A stretch of 64,000 nucleotides of DNA from an uncultured delta proteobacterium (GCA_963785725.1 CAWAWS010000015.1:192001-256000), one strand, 5' to 3'. Counted from the stretch's first letter, positions 52,805 to 63,916 are shown. The notes: generated by a model from the letters alone, not told the origin. Program-made: numbers and translations.

Positions 52805-54079
52805 ATGATGTTCAGGAGAGCTTCGATGGCACTGGTGGCCGGCGCGATCGCCGTCACCGCCTCGGCAGCACAGGCGGCGGTTCCGCTTTGCAGTGGCACG
52901 ACACTGACGAAATCGGACGGCACGACGCTGTTCACCGCCACCCCGATCTACATCACGGGCTCGTCGGCCGTCGAGCCGATGCTCAAGATCTTGGGCGCCA
53001 AGCTGGCGTCGCAGGCCACGAACCCGTACGTCATCATCTACCTCAAGGACGGCTCCTGCTCGGGCGTCAACCGCATCAACACCGACGGCATGATCGCCGC
53101 CGGCACGACGATGTTCTACGTCCCGCCGGATCAGGATCCGACGAAGGCGAGCTTGACCTGTACGCAGACCGCCGCGCAGCTCGGCGACCTCGTTCTCGCC
53201 GACGCCGACGCCACGCTGTGCCCGGGCATCAGCGCGCAGCCGGCCGGCACCAAGGACTTCCAGGGTCCGGTCAACAACATGGTCATGGTCGTCCCCGCCA
53301 AGTCGGCGACGGATGGCAACACCGCGATCAGCGCCGAAGAGGCGTACCTCGTGTTCGGTCTCGGCACCGCCGGCATGGTCACGCCGTGGAACGACCCGAC
53401 CGCGTACTACATCCGCACGCCCGACTCGGGCACGCGCGCCATGATCAACGCCAACATCGGCGTCGGCGCGCACACGTGGATGGGCAACGACGGCACGATG
53501 GGCACCATCAACGGCGGCACGGCCTTCAGCTCGGGCACGCTCTACACCGCCGTCAAGAACGCCACCACCGACACGGTGATCGGCATCCTCGGCTCCGACT
53601 ACCTCGACCAGGGCACGAACCGCACCGCGGTCAAGTCGTTGGCCTTCCGCGCCTTCGGTCAGCACTTCGCCTACTGGCCCGACTCGACGGTGAGCTCGTA
53701 CGACAAGAAGAACGTCCGCGAAGGTCGCTACGCGATCTGGGGCTACCTGCACATGCTCGCCTCGGTCGCCACGGGCGCGACGGTTCCGACGAGCGCTGCC
53801 GGCGCGTACTTCGTCAGCCTCATGCAGGGCACGCTGGCGTCGCCGCAGTTCAACGTCAACGACGCGATCACCGACTCGCACTACGTCCCGCAGTGCGCGA
53901 TGAAGGTCACGCACGACATCGAAGGCGGCCCGCTCCGCGGCTACACGCCGGCGGCTCCTTGCGGCTGCTACTTCGAGAATCGCGCCACCGGCACGGCGCC
54001 GGCGAGCTGCACCGCCTGCACCACCGACGCGACGTGCGGCACCGGCAAGTGCCGTACCGGCTTCTGCGAAGCGAACTAG
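52805..54079 (+). CDS. Secreted PstS/PBP2-like solute-binding protein with Cys-rich C-terminus
   Basis: GGAGG RBS, signal peptide AQA; GSSAVEP, DGSCSG, RTPDSGTR, GRYAIWGYLH; CGC..C..C.....C....C...FC tail. Confidence 0.65.
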   Translation: MMFRRASMALVAGAIAVTASAAQAAVPLCSGTTLTKSDGTTLFTATPIYITGSSAVEPMLKILGAKLASQATNPYVIIYLKDGSCSGVNRINTDGMIAAGTTMFYVPPDQDPTKASLTCTQTAAQLGDLVLADADATLCPGISAQPAGTKDFQGPVNNMVMVVPAKSATDGNTAISAEEAYLVFGLGTAGMVTPWNDPTAYYIRTPDSGTRAMINANIGVGAHTWMGNDGTMGTINGGTAFSSGTLYTAVKNATTDTVIGILGSDYLDQGTNRTAVKSLAFRAFGQHFAYWPDSTVSSYDKKNVREGRYAIWGYLHMLASVATGATVPTSAAGAYFVSLMQGTLASPQFNVNDAITDSHYVPQCAMKVTHDIEGGPLRGYTPAAPCGCYFENRATGTAPASCTACTTDATCGTGKCRTGFCEAN

Positions 54080-54097
54080 CGAGCGATTACAGGAGAC

Positions 54098-54442
54098 ATG
54101 AAGATGAACAAGAAAATCATCCTGGGACTCGTCGCTGGCTTGACGCTTTCGCTGACGGCGATCGTCGGCTGCGGCGGCAGCAACAATAACGGCAACGGCG
54201 GCGGCGGTGGCTCGGCCGGCGGCGGCGGCACTGCCGGCGGTGGCGGCACCGCTGGCGGCGGCGGCGGTGGCGCGGGTGGCGGCGGCACGGCCAGCCCCGA
54301 CATGGCCTTCGTGTGCGTGACCAACCCGGTCACCAACAGCGACTTCCTCAACAGCTGCCCCGAAGCGACGGTCAGCAACGTCGATATCGAGCCGTTCTAT
54401 CCGGCGCTCGCGCCGGGCGGCACGCTTCCGGCTCTGCAGTAA
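54098..54442 (+). CDS. Small Gly-rich lipoprotein
   Basis: AGGAG RBS; lipobox IVGC; poly-Gly linker; small C-terminal domain with two Cys. Confidence 0.8.
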   Translation: MKMNKKIILGLVAGLTLSLTAIVGCGGSNNNGNGGGGGSAGGGGTAGGGGTAGGGGGGAGGGGTASPDMAFVCVTNPVTNSDFLNSCPEATVSNVDIEPFYPALAPGGTLPALQ

Positions 54443-54479
54443 CCAACCACTCTCCCACGACAACCAGCGAACCGAGGAC

Positions 54480-56034
54480 ATGCAGCCAAGCTCCATCCGA
54501 AACGCGGTGACTAAGACGCGGACACGGCGTGAACGGACGCCGTCGTCGCGACTGAAGCTGCTGCATGTTCTCGCGCTCGCGCCCCTTTTCTGGACGATCT
54601 CCGCGCACGCCCAAGCGACGCCGCCCGCACCTTCGGGGCCGGCGATGCTGCCGCAGGCGCCGGCTTCGTCCGACGACGTCGAGTCGCTGCGCCGCGAGCT
54701 GCGCCTGCAGGCCGAAGCGAACCAGCGGCGCATGGAGGCTGAAGAGGCCGCCATCGCGCGCCTGGCGACGCAGCTGCAAGCGGAGCGCGACGCGCGCGTC
54801 GCCGACGTCGCGCGCGCCGACGAGGCCGCGCACGCGCAAAACAATCGCCCGCTCGTCCAGGCCGGCCGCTTCAACCTGCGGCTGAGCGGCTTTTTACAGG
54901 TCGACGCGGTCGCCTACAGCCAGGACGCACAGGATCAGCTCAATCCGTCGACGGGCGCGCCGCTCAACGACGCGCGCTTCCTCATCCGCCGCGCGCGACT
55001 GCGCGCCGACGTCGACTGGCGCATGATCATCGGGCGCCATCGAGTTCGACGGCAACACCGTCAACGGCTATCAAGCGCGCATCATCGGCGCCGAAGCGTC
55101 GCTCGTCTGGCGCAACCCCGGCAACGCCATGATTCCGTATCTGCAGCTGACGGCCGGTAGCTTCAAGATTCCGTTCGGCTTCGAGGTCACGCAGCGCGAC
55201 ACCGAGCGCCTCTTCCTCGAGCGCTCGACGATGGAGCACGCGTTCTTCCCGGGCGAATACGACCTCGGCGTGCGGCTGCAAGGCGGCTGGCGCTTCATGC
55301 GCTACGCGTTCGCGGTCATGAACGGCGATCCCATCGGCGAAAAGGCGTTCCCCGGCCGCGATCCCAACCAGTCGAAGGATTTTCTCGGTCGCATCGGCGT
55401 CGAGCAGGTGCTCGGTCGCTTCGGCTTCGCCGGCGGCTTCAGCGCCTTGTACGGCACCGGCTTCCACTCGGGCACGCCGGCTACGAAGGACACGCTCGTC
55501 TGGCGCGACAACAACCAAGACGGCGCCGTGCAGCTGAGCGAGATCACCGTCATCGCCGGCCAGACGGCGCTGCCGTCGAAGAATTTCAACCGCTGGGCCG
55601 TCGGCGGCGACCTGCGCTTGATGCTCGAGATCTTCCCCGTCGGTCAAATGATGCTCTACGGCGAGCTCACCTACGCGACGAACCTCGATCGCAACATCGT
55701 CATCGCCGATCCGGTGACGGCGCAGCGCAACCTGCGCGAGCTCGGCTTCTACGCCGGCATCACGCAGGAGCTGTCGCCGTGGGCGGCGGTCGGCGTGCGC
55801 TACGATCGCTACGATCCCGATCGCGACAGCAACCGGCTGCAGAACGGCATCCAGGTGCCCAACGACATGACCTACTCGACGTGGGCCGTCGCTGCCGCCT
55901 TGCGCTATCCGAACTACGGCCGGCTCATCTTCGAGTACGACCACAACACGAACGCGCTCGGCCGCACGCCGTCCGGCTTCCCGACCACGTTGGCCGACGA
56001 CACCTTCACCATTCGCGCCGAGGTGAAGTTCTAG
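54480..56034 (+). CDS. Outer-membrane porin (OprO/OprP-like), frameshifted near 55030
   Basis: Signal peptide, coiled coil, LSGFLQVD..FLIRRARL; GSFKIPFGFE..LERS..DLG; RYD.YD; C-terminal Phe. Confidence 0.75.
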
Positions 56035-56919
56035 TGCGCCTGACCGTTGCCGTCGCTGCGTTGACGTTGGCCGCCGGCTGCTCGGGCGCCACGACCGATC
56101 CCGGCCTCGACGCGCTCTTGCGCGTGCCGGGCGCGCAGTTCCATCGCGGCGCCGCGCCGGCGGCGATGACGGGCCCCAAGCTCGGGCAGTTCACCAACGC
56201 CTCGAGCATCATTCGGCCGGGCGAGCTCAACGCGCCCGTCAGCGGCGTCGCCACGCGCGACACGACCGGCATCGCCATCTACTTGGTCGGCGATCCCGGC
56301 TACTGGATCATCACGCCCGGCGCCGAAGACGGCGGCTTGGCCGGCCAGCTCGACTTCAGCGCCAAGCTCTCGTTCTCGCCGCTGCTTCCCGACGGGACCT
56401 ACTCGGTCATCGGGCGCGCCGTCAACGCCGCCGGTCAGTTCGGCCCGCCGACCACGCTGACGTTGAACACGCCCGACACGCCGATGGCCTCGACGCTGCT
56501 CGTGTCGCTGCGCTGGGACACCGAGGCCGATCTCGATCTGCACCTCGTCATCCCCGACGGCACCGAGATTTGGTCCGACAAGATCAACTCGTTCGATCCG
56601 CCGCCGCCCGGGCAGATGGTCGACGCCGGCGCCTACAAAGCGGGCGGCATCCTCGACTGTCGACTCCAACTCGAACTGCGTCATCGATGGGCGGCGCCTC
56701 GAGAACATCTATTGGACCGAGACGCCGCCTTCCGGTCACTACATCGTGCGCGTCGACACCTGGTCGCTGTGCGGCGTGCCGTCGGCCAATTGGCACCTGG
56801 AAGTGACGCTCAACGGCAATTCGCTCGGCTCGGCAGCGGGCACGAGCCTCGACTCGGACGCGGCGCTGCCGCACGGCAAAGGCGACGGCCTGACGGCGCT
56901 GCAGTTCGACGTTCCGTAA
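56034..56919 (+). CDS. Lipoprotein with YfaP/DUF2135-like C-terminal domain, frameshifted near 56657
   Basis: Lipobox AAGC; VSLRWDTEADLDLHLVIPDG..GILD/DSNSNC..ENIYW..PSGHYIVRVD. Confidence 0.72.
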
Positions 56920-56940
56920 CCACCGAAGGAGAACGCAACA

Positions 56941-57621
56941 ATGTTGGTGCAGAAGCTTCTTTCGATCGCGCAAGTGTCCGGGCAGGCGGTGCTCTACATC
57001 CTCCTGCTCTTGTCGGTGATTTCGATCGGCATCATCATCGAGCGCTTCATCTATTTCCGCATGCGCCGCATCGACGCCGCCAAAGTCGGCCGCAAAGTCG
57101 TCGACTACTTGCGCGAAGGTGACGTCGAAGGCGCGCGCACCTACTTGCACACGCTGCCGGGCGTCGAAGCCGACGTCATCCGCGAGTCGCTCAGCTGGTA
57201 CGCCGACGGCTACGACGCCGTCGAGCAGGTCATCTCGGGCGGCATCAAAGAGCGGCGCAAGGGTTACGAAGCCGGCCTCCTGTTCCTGGGCACGCTCGGC
57301 AACAACGCGCCCTTCGTCGGCCTCTTCGGCACCGTCCTCGGCATCGTCACCGCCTTCCGCGAGCTCGCCAACGCCGCCGGCAGCGCCGCCGGCATGAACA
57401 ACGTCATGGGCGGCATCGCCGAGGCGCTCGTGGCCACGGCCGTCGGCATCCTCGTCGCCTTGCCGGCCGTCATCGCCTACAACGCGTTCCAGAAGAAGAG
57501 CCAGGACCTCGAGGAGAACGTGCAGTCGATCGGCAACCTCGTCCTCGCGCAGATGAAGAGCCACAAGGACGGCTTCCACGTTCGCCACGGCGGCAAACCG
57601 GCGCCGCGCGCGGAGGCGTAA
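56941..57621 (+). CDS. exbB: ExbB/TolQ/MotA proton channel
   Basis: LGTLGNNAPFVGLFGTVLGI, GIAEALVATAVGILVALPA. Confidence 0.93.
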   Translation: MLVQKLLSIAQVSGQAVLYILLLLSVISIGIIIERFIYFRMRRIDAAKVGRKVVDYLREGDVEGARTYLHTLPGVEADVIRESLSWYADGYDAVEQVISGGIKERRKGYEAGLLFLGTLGNNAPFVGLFGTVLGIVTAFRELANAAGSAAGMNNVMGGIAEALVATAVGILVALPAVIAYNAFQKKSQDLEENVQSIGNLVLAQMKSHKDGFHVRHGGKPAPRAEA

Positions 57622-57623
57622 TC

Positions 57624-58037
57624 GTGGCCGGCACGCTCGGCTCGGGCGGCGGACGCCGCGGCATCGTCTCCGGCATCAACGTCACGCCGCTCGTCGACGT
57701 CTGCTTGGTGCTGCTCATCATCCTCATGGTGTCGTCGACGTACATCGTCGCGCAGTCGCTCAAGATCCAGCTGCCGAAGTCGCACTCGTCGGATGGGCAG
57801 GCGGAGAAGCCGTCGACGGTGACGCTGCTCAAGTCGGGCGGCATGCGCTGGAACGACAAGGACGCGACCGAGGACGAGATCGTCAAGGGGCTCAAGGACG
57901 CGGCGACGGCCGACCCGGACACGAACCTCGTGGTCTCGGCCGATAAGGAAGTGCAGCACGGTCGCGTCGTGCACCTGCTCGACATCGCCAAGATCGCCGG
58001 CATCACCAAGTTCGCCATCAACGTGCAAGCCGAGTAA
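57624..58037 (+). CDS. exbD: ExbD/TolR
   Basis: INVTPLVDVCLVLLIILMV, ADKEV.HG.VV. Confidence 0.93.
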   Translation: MAGTLGSGGGRRGIVSGINVTPLVDVCLVLLIILMVSSTYIVAQSLKIQLPKSHSSDGQAEKPSTVTLLKSGGMRWNDKDATEDEIVKGLKDAATADPDTNLVVSADKEVQHGRVVHLLDIAKIAGITKFAINVQAE

Positions 58038-58041
58038 GTCC

Positions 58042-58753
58042 GTGCTGCGCCGAATCACCATCATCGGTTCGCTGTTCTTGCACGTGCTCGTGTTCGGGTA
58101 CGCGCTGCGTGTGGCGTCGCGGCCGCGCCCGCGCGCGACCTCGATCGCCGTGGTGGGAGAAAAGAAGAAGCAGGAGAAGCCCGAGGCGCCGAAGCCGAAG
58201 CCGAAGCCGATCGTCGCGCCGCCCAAAGCGGCGCCCAAGGTCGAGCCGGAGCCGTCGCACGCGCCGACGCCGGAGGTCGCGCCGACGGCCGCGCCGGTCG
58301 AGAGCGGCCTCACGCTCGGCAATGATGACGGGCCGGGCATCGACGTCGGCGGCAAGGGGCCGGCGACGCCGAAGCCGGCGGCGCCGAGCGGCGACAAGCA
58401 CGAGAAGCAGGCGGTCAAGAAAGAGAAGGCGATCTCGCCCAAGGACAATCCGGAAGAGGACAACTGCACCGAGGCGCCGTCGAAGCCGCAGCCGCTGACG
58501 CGCCCGAGCGACATCGAGTACACGCAGGACGCGCGCGCCAACGGCGTCGAAGGGCGCCTCGTGTTGCGCATCACCGTCGGTGCCGACGGCGTGGTCGCCG
58601 ACGTGCAAGTGCAGAGCGCGGTCGAATCCGGCGCTCGACGCCGCCGCCGTCGCCGCGGTCAAGACGTGGACGTTCAAGCCGGCCATGCGCTGCGGCAAGT
58701 CCATGGCCGGCGGCGTGTTCACGCTCGCGCGCCGCTTCGAGCTCGGAGACTGA
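58042..58753 (+). CDS. tonB: TonB energy transducer, frameshifted near 58630
   Basis: SLFLH TM motif, Pro/Lys linker, Y..DARANGVEGRLVL; continues in another frame as LDAAAVAAVKTWTFKPAMRCG..RFELGD, stop at 58753. Confidence 0.85.
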
Positions 58754-61410
58754 AACTGCGCCACGCTCGTTTTATTTGCGCGCTCATCCTGTCGCTCGTC
58801 GCCGCTCCCGCCTTCGCCCAATCGCCGGGTGACGACGCGGTCGGCAGCGACAACAACGACGGCGAGCAGCGCGCGCCGCAGCTGACCAAGCCGCCCAAGC
58901 TGTCGCACTTCGTCGAGGCCGAGTATCCGGCCGACAAGAAGGCGGCGAACGTGACGTCGTCGGTGCTGCTCAGCATCGAGATCGGCGCCGATGGCAAGGT
59001 CGGCAACGTCGCCGTCGTGCAGTCGGGCGGCGCCGACTTCGACGCGGCGGCGCTGGCGGCGGTCAAGCAGTTCGTGTTCGAGCCGGCCGAGGTCGATCAC
59101 AAGCCGGCGCCGGTCAAGATCGACTATCGCTACGCCTTCGCCATCCAGACGAAGGTCGTCAAGCTGGGGCCGCAGGTGAACTTCGAAGGGCGGGTTGTCG
59201 AGCGCTTCACGAAGAAGCCGATGGCGGGCGTCGTCGTGACGTTGCCGGAGCTGAACGTCAAGACGGTGACCGATGCCAACGGCCACTTCGAGTTCATCGA
59301 CGTGCCGCTCGGTCCGCACAAGGTGCAGCTGTCGGCGGACAAGCTCGTGACCGTGGCGACCGACGAAGAGCTCGTCAAAGATGTTAAAAAAACGGTTAAA
59401 TATTTCGTCGAAGAGAAACAAGAAGGCATCGACGAAGAGACCGTCGTCAGAGCGGCGCGCATCAAGAAGGAGTCGGTGCAGACGGTCATTCGCACCGAGG
59501 AAGCGCGGCGCGTGCCGGGAACGCAGGGCGACACGCTCAAGGTCGTGCAGAACTTGCCGGGCGTGGCGCGCTCGGCGCTCGGCTCGGGCGCCATCATCGT
59601 CTGGGGCTCGGCGCCGGCCGACACGCGCGTCAACGTCGACGGCGTGGAGATTCCCGCGCTCTATCACGTCGGCGGTTTGCGCTCGACGGTGAACAGCGAC
59701 ATCGTGCGCTCGATCGACCTCTTGCCCGGCGGCTACGGCTCGGAGTACGGCCGCGGGCTCGGCGGCCTCGTGCGCGTCGAGACGCGGCAGCTGCCCGACA
59801 AAGGCGTGCACGGCTACGTCGCCGCCGACGTGCTCGATACGTCGGCGATGGTGTCGGCGGCGGTCTCGCCCAACGTGCGCATCGGCGTCGCCGGCCGCTA
59901 CAGCTACCTCGATCGCATCCTGGCCGGCGTCACGTCCAAGGACATCGGCGACTACTTCCCGATCCCGCGCTACGATGACTACCAGCTCATCATGAACGTC
60001 AAGCTGCGCAAGGACGAGACGATCGACGTCATCTTCCTCGCGTCCGACGATCACTTGCGGCGCAGCATCCCGTCGTCCGATCCGGCCGAGGTGCGCTCGG
60101 AGAACGACGACTCCAGCTTCTATCGCGGCTTCATTCGCTATTCGCGGCTGCTGGCGGACGGCGCCAGCCTCGTCATCACGCCGTCCATCGGCTACGATAC
60201 GTCGAATTCGGTCACCAAGTTCGGCGCCGTGCCGACGACGGCTGACTCGACGGCGTGGCGCTACGGCTTGCGCACCTCCTATCGCCGGCGCCTGGCGAAG
60301 TTCGCGACGTTGTCGCTCGGCCTCGACATGCAAGGCACGGCGACGCACTCGGTGCGCGCCGGCTCGCTCGACATTCCGCCGCGCGAAGGCGACATCTTCG
60401 TCTTCGGCCGTCCGCCCGGCGACGACGTCAACGCCGACAACTGGAACAACCACATCGTCGACGTCGGCCCGTACATCTTCACCGAGCTCAACCTCGGCAA
60501 GCTCACCTTCGTGCCCGGCTTGCGGCTCGACGGCTACTTGATCGAGGGCAGCGCCTTGCAGCCGGCCGTGCTCGGCGTCACGCCGATCGGCTTCTCGCGG
60601 CTCGACTGGGCGGCCGATCCGCGGCTCACCGTCAGCTACAAGCCGTCGAAGCGGCTGAGCGTGACGGCGTCGGTCGGGCTCTATCACCAAGCGCCCGAGC
60701 CGACCGACTTGAGCGCCGTGTTCGGCAATCCCAAGCTGAACCTGTCGAGCGCGCTCCACGTCAGCCTCGGCGTCGGCTTCAAGATCACCGGCACCTTGAG
60801 CTGCGAGCTGGTCGGCTTCTACAAGCAGCTCTACGATCTGCCGGCGCGCAACGAGCTGGCGACGCCGCCCTTGGCCGAAGCGCTGACGCAAGACGGAATC
60901 GGCCGCAGCTACGGCGGCCAAGTGCTGTTGCGCCAGGAGCTGTTCAAGGGCTTCTTCGGCTGGGTCACCTATTCGCTCAGCCGCTCGGAGCGCAAGGACC
61001 ATCCCGATCGCGACTGGCGCCTCTTCGACTACGACCAGACGCACGTGCTCGGCGTCGTCGCCTCCTACGAATATCGCGGCTGGGTCGCCGGCGTGCGCTT
61101 CCGTTATACGAGCGGCATGCCGCGTACGCCCGTCATCGGCGCCTACTACGACTCGCGCGGCGATCAATATCAGCCCATCTTCGGCGCGCAGAACTCGATT
61201 CGCATCCCCGACTTCGTGCAGCTCGACGTGCGCATCGAGAAGACGATCACGTTCAAGCGTGGCGTGCAGCTGAACATCTTCGCCGATATTCAGAACGTCA
61301 CGAACCGCTCGAATCCGGAGGAGATCGTCTACAACTACAACTTCACGCAGCGCGACTACATCACCGGCTTGCCGATCTTGTCGGTCGTGGGCACGAGGCT
61401 GCAATGGTGA
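58750..61410 (+). CDS. TonB-dependent receptor with N-terminal TonB-C and carboxypeptidase-regulatory domains (myxobacterial type); start codon uncertain
   Basis: Own signal peptide ..APAFAQ; EYP..FDAAALAAVKQFVFEPA; plug PGTQGD..VQNLPGV..LYH.GG; barrel ending GLPILSVVGTRLQW. Confidence 0.88.
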   Translation: MKLRHARFICALILSLVAAPAFAQSPGDDAVGSDNNDGEQRAPQLTKPPKLSHFVEAEYPADKKAANVTSSVLLSIEIGADGKVGNVAVVQSGGADFDAAALAAVKQFVFEPAEVDHKPAPVKIDYRYAFAIQTKVVKLGPQVNFEGRVVERFTKKPMAGVVVTLPELNVKTVTDANGHFEFIDVPLGPHKVQLSADKLVTVATDEELVKDVKKTVKYFVEEKQEGIDEETVVRAARIKKESVQTVIRTEEARRVPGTQGDTLKVVQNLPGVARSALGSGAIIVWGSAPADTRVNVDGVEIPALYHVGGLRSTVNSDIVRSIDLLPGGYGSEYGRGLGGLVRVETRQLPDKGVHGYVAADVLDTSAMVSAAVSPNVRIGVAGRYSYLDRILAGVTSKDIGDYFPIPRYDDYQLIMNVKLRKDETIDVIFLASDDHLRRSIPSSDPAEVRSENDDSSFYRGFIRYSRLLADGASLVITPSIGYDTSNSVTKFGAVPTTADSTAWRYGLRTSYRRRLAKFATLSLGLDMQGTATHSVRAGSLDIPPREGDIFVFGRPPGDDVNADNWNNHIVDVGPYIFTELNLGKLTFVPGLRLDGYLIEGSALQPAVLGVTPIGFSRLDWAADPRLTVSYKPSKRLSVTASVGLYHQAPEPTDLSAVFGNPKLNLSSALHVSLGVGFKITGTLSCELVGFYKQLYDLPARNELATPPLAEALTQDGIGRSYGGQVLLRQELFKGFFGWVTYSLSRSERKDHPDRDWRLFDYDQTHVLGVVASYEYRGWVAGVRFRYTSGMPRTPVIGAYYDSRGDQYQPIFGAQNSIRIPDFVQLDVRIEKTITFKRGVQLNIFADIQNVTNRSNPEEIVYNYNFTQRDYITGLPILSVVGTRLQW

Positions 61411-62336
61411 CGCGCGCGCTCTTTGCTTTCGCCGTCGTTGCGACGGCCGTCGTCGGGATAGCGGGCTGCAAGCCCAACTTCGGGACGCCGACGTCGCTCG
61501 TCAACGACGAGCGCATCTTGGGCGTGCGCGCGACGCCGCCCGACCTCGTGCCCGGCAATACGGCGGCGTTCGAGGCGCTCGTCGTCGGCCCGAGCGGCAC
61601 CGAGGCGATGCCCAACCTCGACTGGGCGCTGTGCACGACGCCGAAGCCGCTCGACGAGAACAACATCGTCTCCAGCGCCTGCTTGGGCAGCGGCGACGGC
61701 ATCGTCGACGTCGGCATGGGCCCGACGGTGATGGCGAAGATTCCGGCCAACGCCTGCCAGCTGTTCGGTCCCGATCCGCCGCCGCAGATGGTCGGCCAGC
61801 CGCCGCTGCGTCCGCGCGATCCCGACATCACCGGCGGCTATTATCAGCCGTTGCGCCTGTCCGAAGGCAGAGTCACCGGCTTTGCGCTCGAGCGCATCCA
61901 GTGCGAGCTGACCAACGCCGGCGCCGACATCGCCGTGCAGTTCGGCATGACCTACGTCGCCAACACCAACCCGATGCTCGAGCCGATGACGGCGACCGTC
62001 GGCGGCGCCGCCGTCACGCTCGACGCGCTGCCCGCCGGCAAGTCGATCGACTTCACCGTCGGCTGGCCGGCGTCGAGCGTCGAGAGCTTCCCGGTGTTCG
62101 ACGAGACCGCCGGCACGCTCGTCACCCATCGCGAGTCGATGCGCGTCTCCTGGTTCGTCACCGACGGCGCTTTCGTCCACGACGTCACCGGCCGCGACGA
62201 GACCGATCCGGCCACGAGCACCGACAACAGCTGGACCGCGCCCACGACGCCGGGACCGGTGCACTTGTGGCTCGTCCTGCGCGACAGCCGCGGCGGCATC
62301 GACTACGCCGCCTACGAGCTGACGGTCACGCCGTAA
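61404..62336 (+). CDS. Lipoprotein associated with the TonB-dependent receptor
   Basis: Lipobox IAGC; RILGVRATPP; ESMRVSWF..W.AP..LWLVLRDSRGG. Confidence 0.8.
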   Translation: MVTRALFAFAVVATAVVGIAGCKPNFGTPTSLVNDERILGVRATPPDLVPGNTAAFEALVVGPSGTEAMPNLDWALCTTPKPLDENNIVSSACLGSGDGIVDVGMGPTVMAKIPANACQLFGPDPPPQMVGQPPLRPRDPDITGGYYQPLRLSEGRVTGFALERIQCELTNAGADIAVQFGMTYVANTNPMLEPMTATVGGAAVTLDALPAGKSIDFTVGWPASSVESFPVFDETAGTLVTHRESMRVSWFVTDGAFVHDVTGRDETDPATSTDNSWTAPTTPGPVHLWLVLRDSRGGIDYAAYELTVTP

Positions 62337-62345
62337 CGGCGCCGC

Positions 62346-63074
62346 ATGACGATGTCCGGCGACTCCGCCCACGCCGCGCTGGTCCTCGTCGTCGAGGATG
62401 ACCGCCAGCTGCAGCGGCTGCTCGACGCGCAGCTGCGCGAGCACGGCTACCGCACGACGCTGGCGGCGACCGGAAAAGACGCCCTCGAGCGCGCGCAGCG
62501 GCAGCGTCCCGAGCTGGTCCTGCTCGATCTGAACTTGCCCGACATCGCCGGCGCCGAGGTCTGCCGCCAGCTCAAGGCCGCGGCCGAGACGGCGCACGTG
62601 CGCATCCTCATGTTGACCGGCCGCGCGACCGAGGCCGATCGCGTGGCCGGCTTCGAGGCCGGCGCCGACGACTACGTCTGTAAGCCCTTCAGCCTGCGCG
62701 AGCTCATGCTGCGGCTGCGCGCGCTCGGCCGCCGCGACGCCGGCGTGCGCGCGAGCCACGACGCCGTCCGCCGCTGCGGCCTCATCGCGATCGACCCGGC
62801 CGCGTTCGCCGTCACCGTCGACGAGCGGCCCATCGTCGTCAGCAAGACCGAGCTGCGCCTGTTGATGCTCTTGAGCGAGCAAGCGGGGCGCGTCTACAGC
62901 TACGCCGAGCTGTCCTATGGGTTGTGGCAGGCGCTCGATGATCCGCAGGTCGCGCGGCTGCAGACGCACGTGCGGCGCCTGAAGGCCAAGCTCGGCGCCG
63001 CCGCCGGCGCGCTCGAGCTCGTCGGCGCCGTCGGCTATCGCCTGCGCACGCCCGACAGCGGCGACTTCGGCTAG
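62346..63074 (+). CDS. OmpR/PhoB-family response regulator
   Basis: VVEDD, LLDLNLPD, MLTGR..DRVAGFEAGADDYVCKPFS; winged helix HVRRLKAKLG..VGYRL. Confidence 0.92.
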   Translation: MTMSGDSAHAALVLVVEDDRQLQRLLDAQLREHGYRTTLAATGKDALERAQRQRPELVLLDLNLPDIAGAEVCRQLKAAAETAHVRILMLTGRATEADRVAGFEAGADDYVCKPFSLRELMLRLRALGRRDAGVRASHDAVRRCGLIAIDPAAFAVTVDERPIVVSKTELRLLMLLSEQAGRVYSYAELSYGLWQALDDPQVARLQTHVRRLKAKLGAAAGALELVGAVGYRLRTPDSGDFG

Positions 63075-63152
63075 CCGTCTTCGCCGTCGAGAGAGCCCTG
63101 CGCGGCGTCGCCGGCGCGAAGCCTGACGTCATCGCGCTCGCCGGTCATGGAC

Positions 63153-63218
63153 GCGATACTGAAGCAGTCACTTCAGTATTGGGCGCCGGCGACACTGAAG
63201 CATTTACTTCAGCATCGC
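63153..63218. repeat. Pair of REP-like hairpins in a convergent intergenic region
   Basis: ATACTGAAG-CAGTCA-CTTCAGTAT and ACACTGAAG-CATTTA-CTTCAGCAT, 36-bp period. Confidence 0.7.
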
Positions 63219-63236
63219 CCGCGCACGGTTACGCGG

Positions 63237-63870
63237 TTATTTCGGCTTCCGCTTCGGCGACTTGGGCGGATGGAGGGTCTCGCCGCGCGCCAGCATCGCC
63301 ACCAGCTCGGCTACCTTGCGCGCCCGCGTCGCCGCCAGCTTCGGCGCCTGCACGCGATAGAGCACGGCGTAGCGATTGCTGCCGTCGAGCGTGGCGAAAC
63401 GCCGCCCGTGCCTCGGCGTTGGCCGCCAGCGCCGCCGCCAAATCAGCGGGCACGGTCGCGGCGCGCGCGCCGTCGTACGCGCGCTCCCAACGACCGTCGC
63501 GGCGCGCGCGCTCGACCTCGGCCAGACCGGGCGCCTGCAGCTTCCCGGCGGCGATGAGCGCCGTCGCCTTGTCGCGATTGATCTTCGACCACGGGCTGCG
63601 CGTCGCGCGCGGCGAGAAGCGCTGCAGCCAATGGGTGTCGTCGAGCTTGTTCTTTTGGCCGTCGATCCAGCCCCAGATGAGCGCGCCTTCGATGGCCTCG
63701 GCGTAGGTGACCGAGCGCTGGCCGCCGTCCTTCTTGGCGATGCGCAGCCACACGCCGGACGACGACGCATGGTGCTCGGCCAGCCACGCGAGCCACGCCG
63801 ACAACGAGGCGCACGTCAGCGGCGCAGTCGCGCGTGCGGCGGAAGCGGTCGGCTTTTTCGGGGCGGCCAC
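63237..63870 (-). CDS. YdeI/OmpD-associated family protein, frameshifted near 63400
   Basis: WLAEHH..GVWLRIAKK..EAIEGAL.WGWIDG..FSPR..SPWSKIN; then NRYAVLYRV..K..TRARK. Confidence 0.88.
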
Positions 63871-63916
63871 GCCGTCACTTTACGACAGACGCGGCCATGG
63901 CAGGAGGCGTGCGGTG

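Noticed and set aside
58042..61410. 1122-aa TonB plus TonB-dependent receptor fusion in the ORF track
   Set aside because: The TonB C-terminus continues in another frame to a stop at 58753, the joining segment is Arg-rich nonsense, and the receptor has its own signal peptide; frameshift artefact
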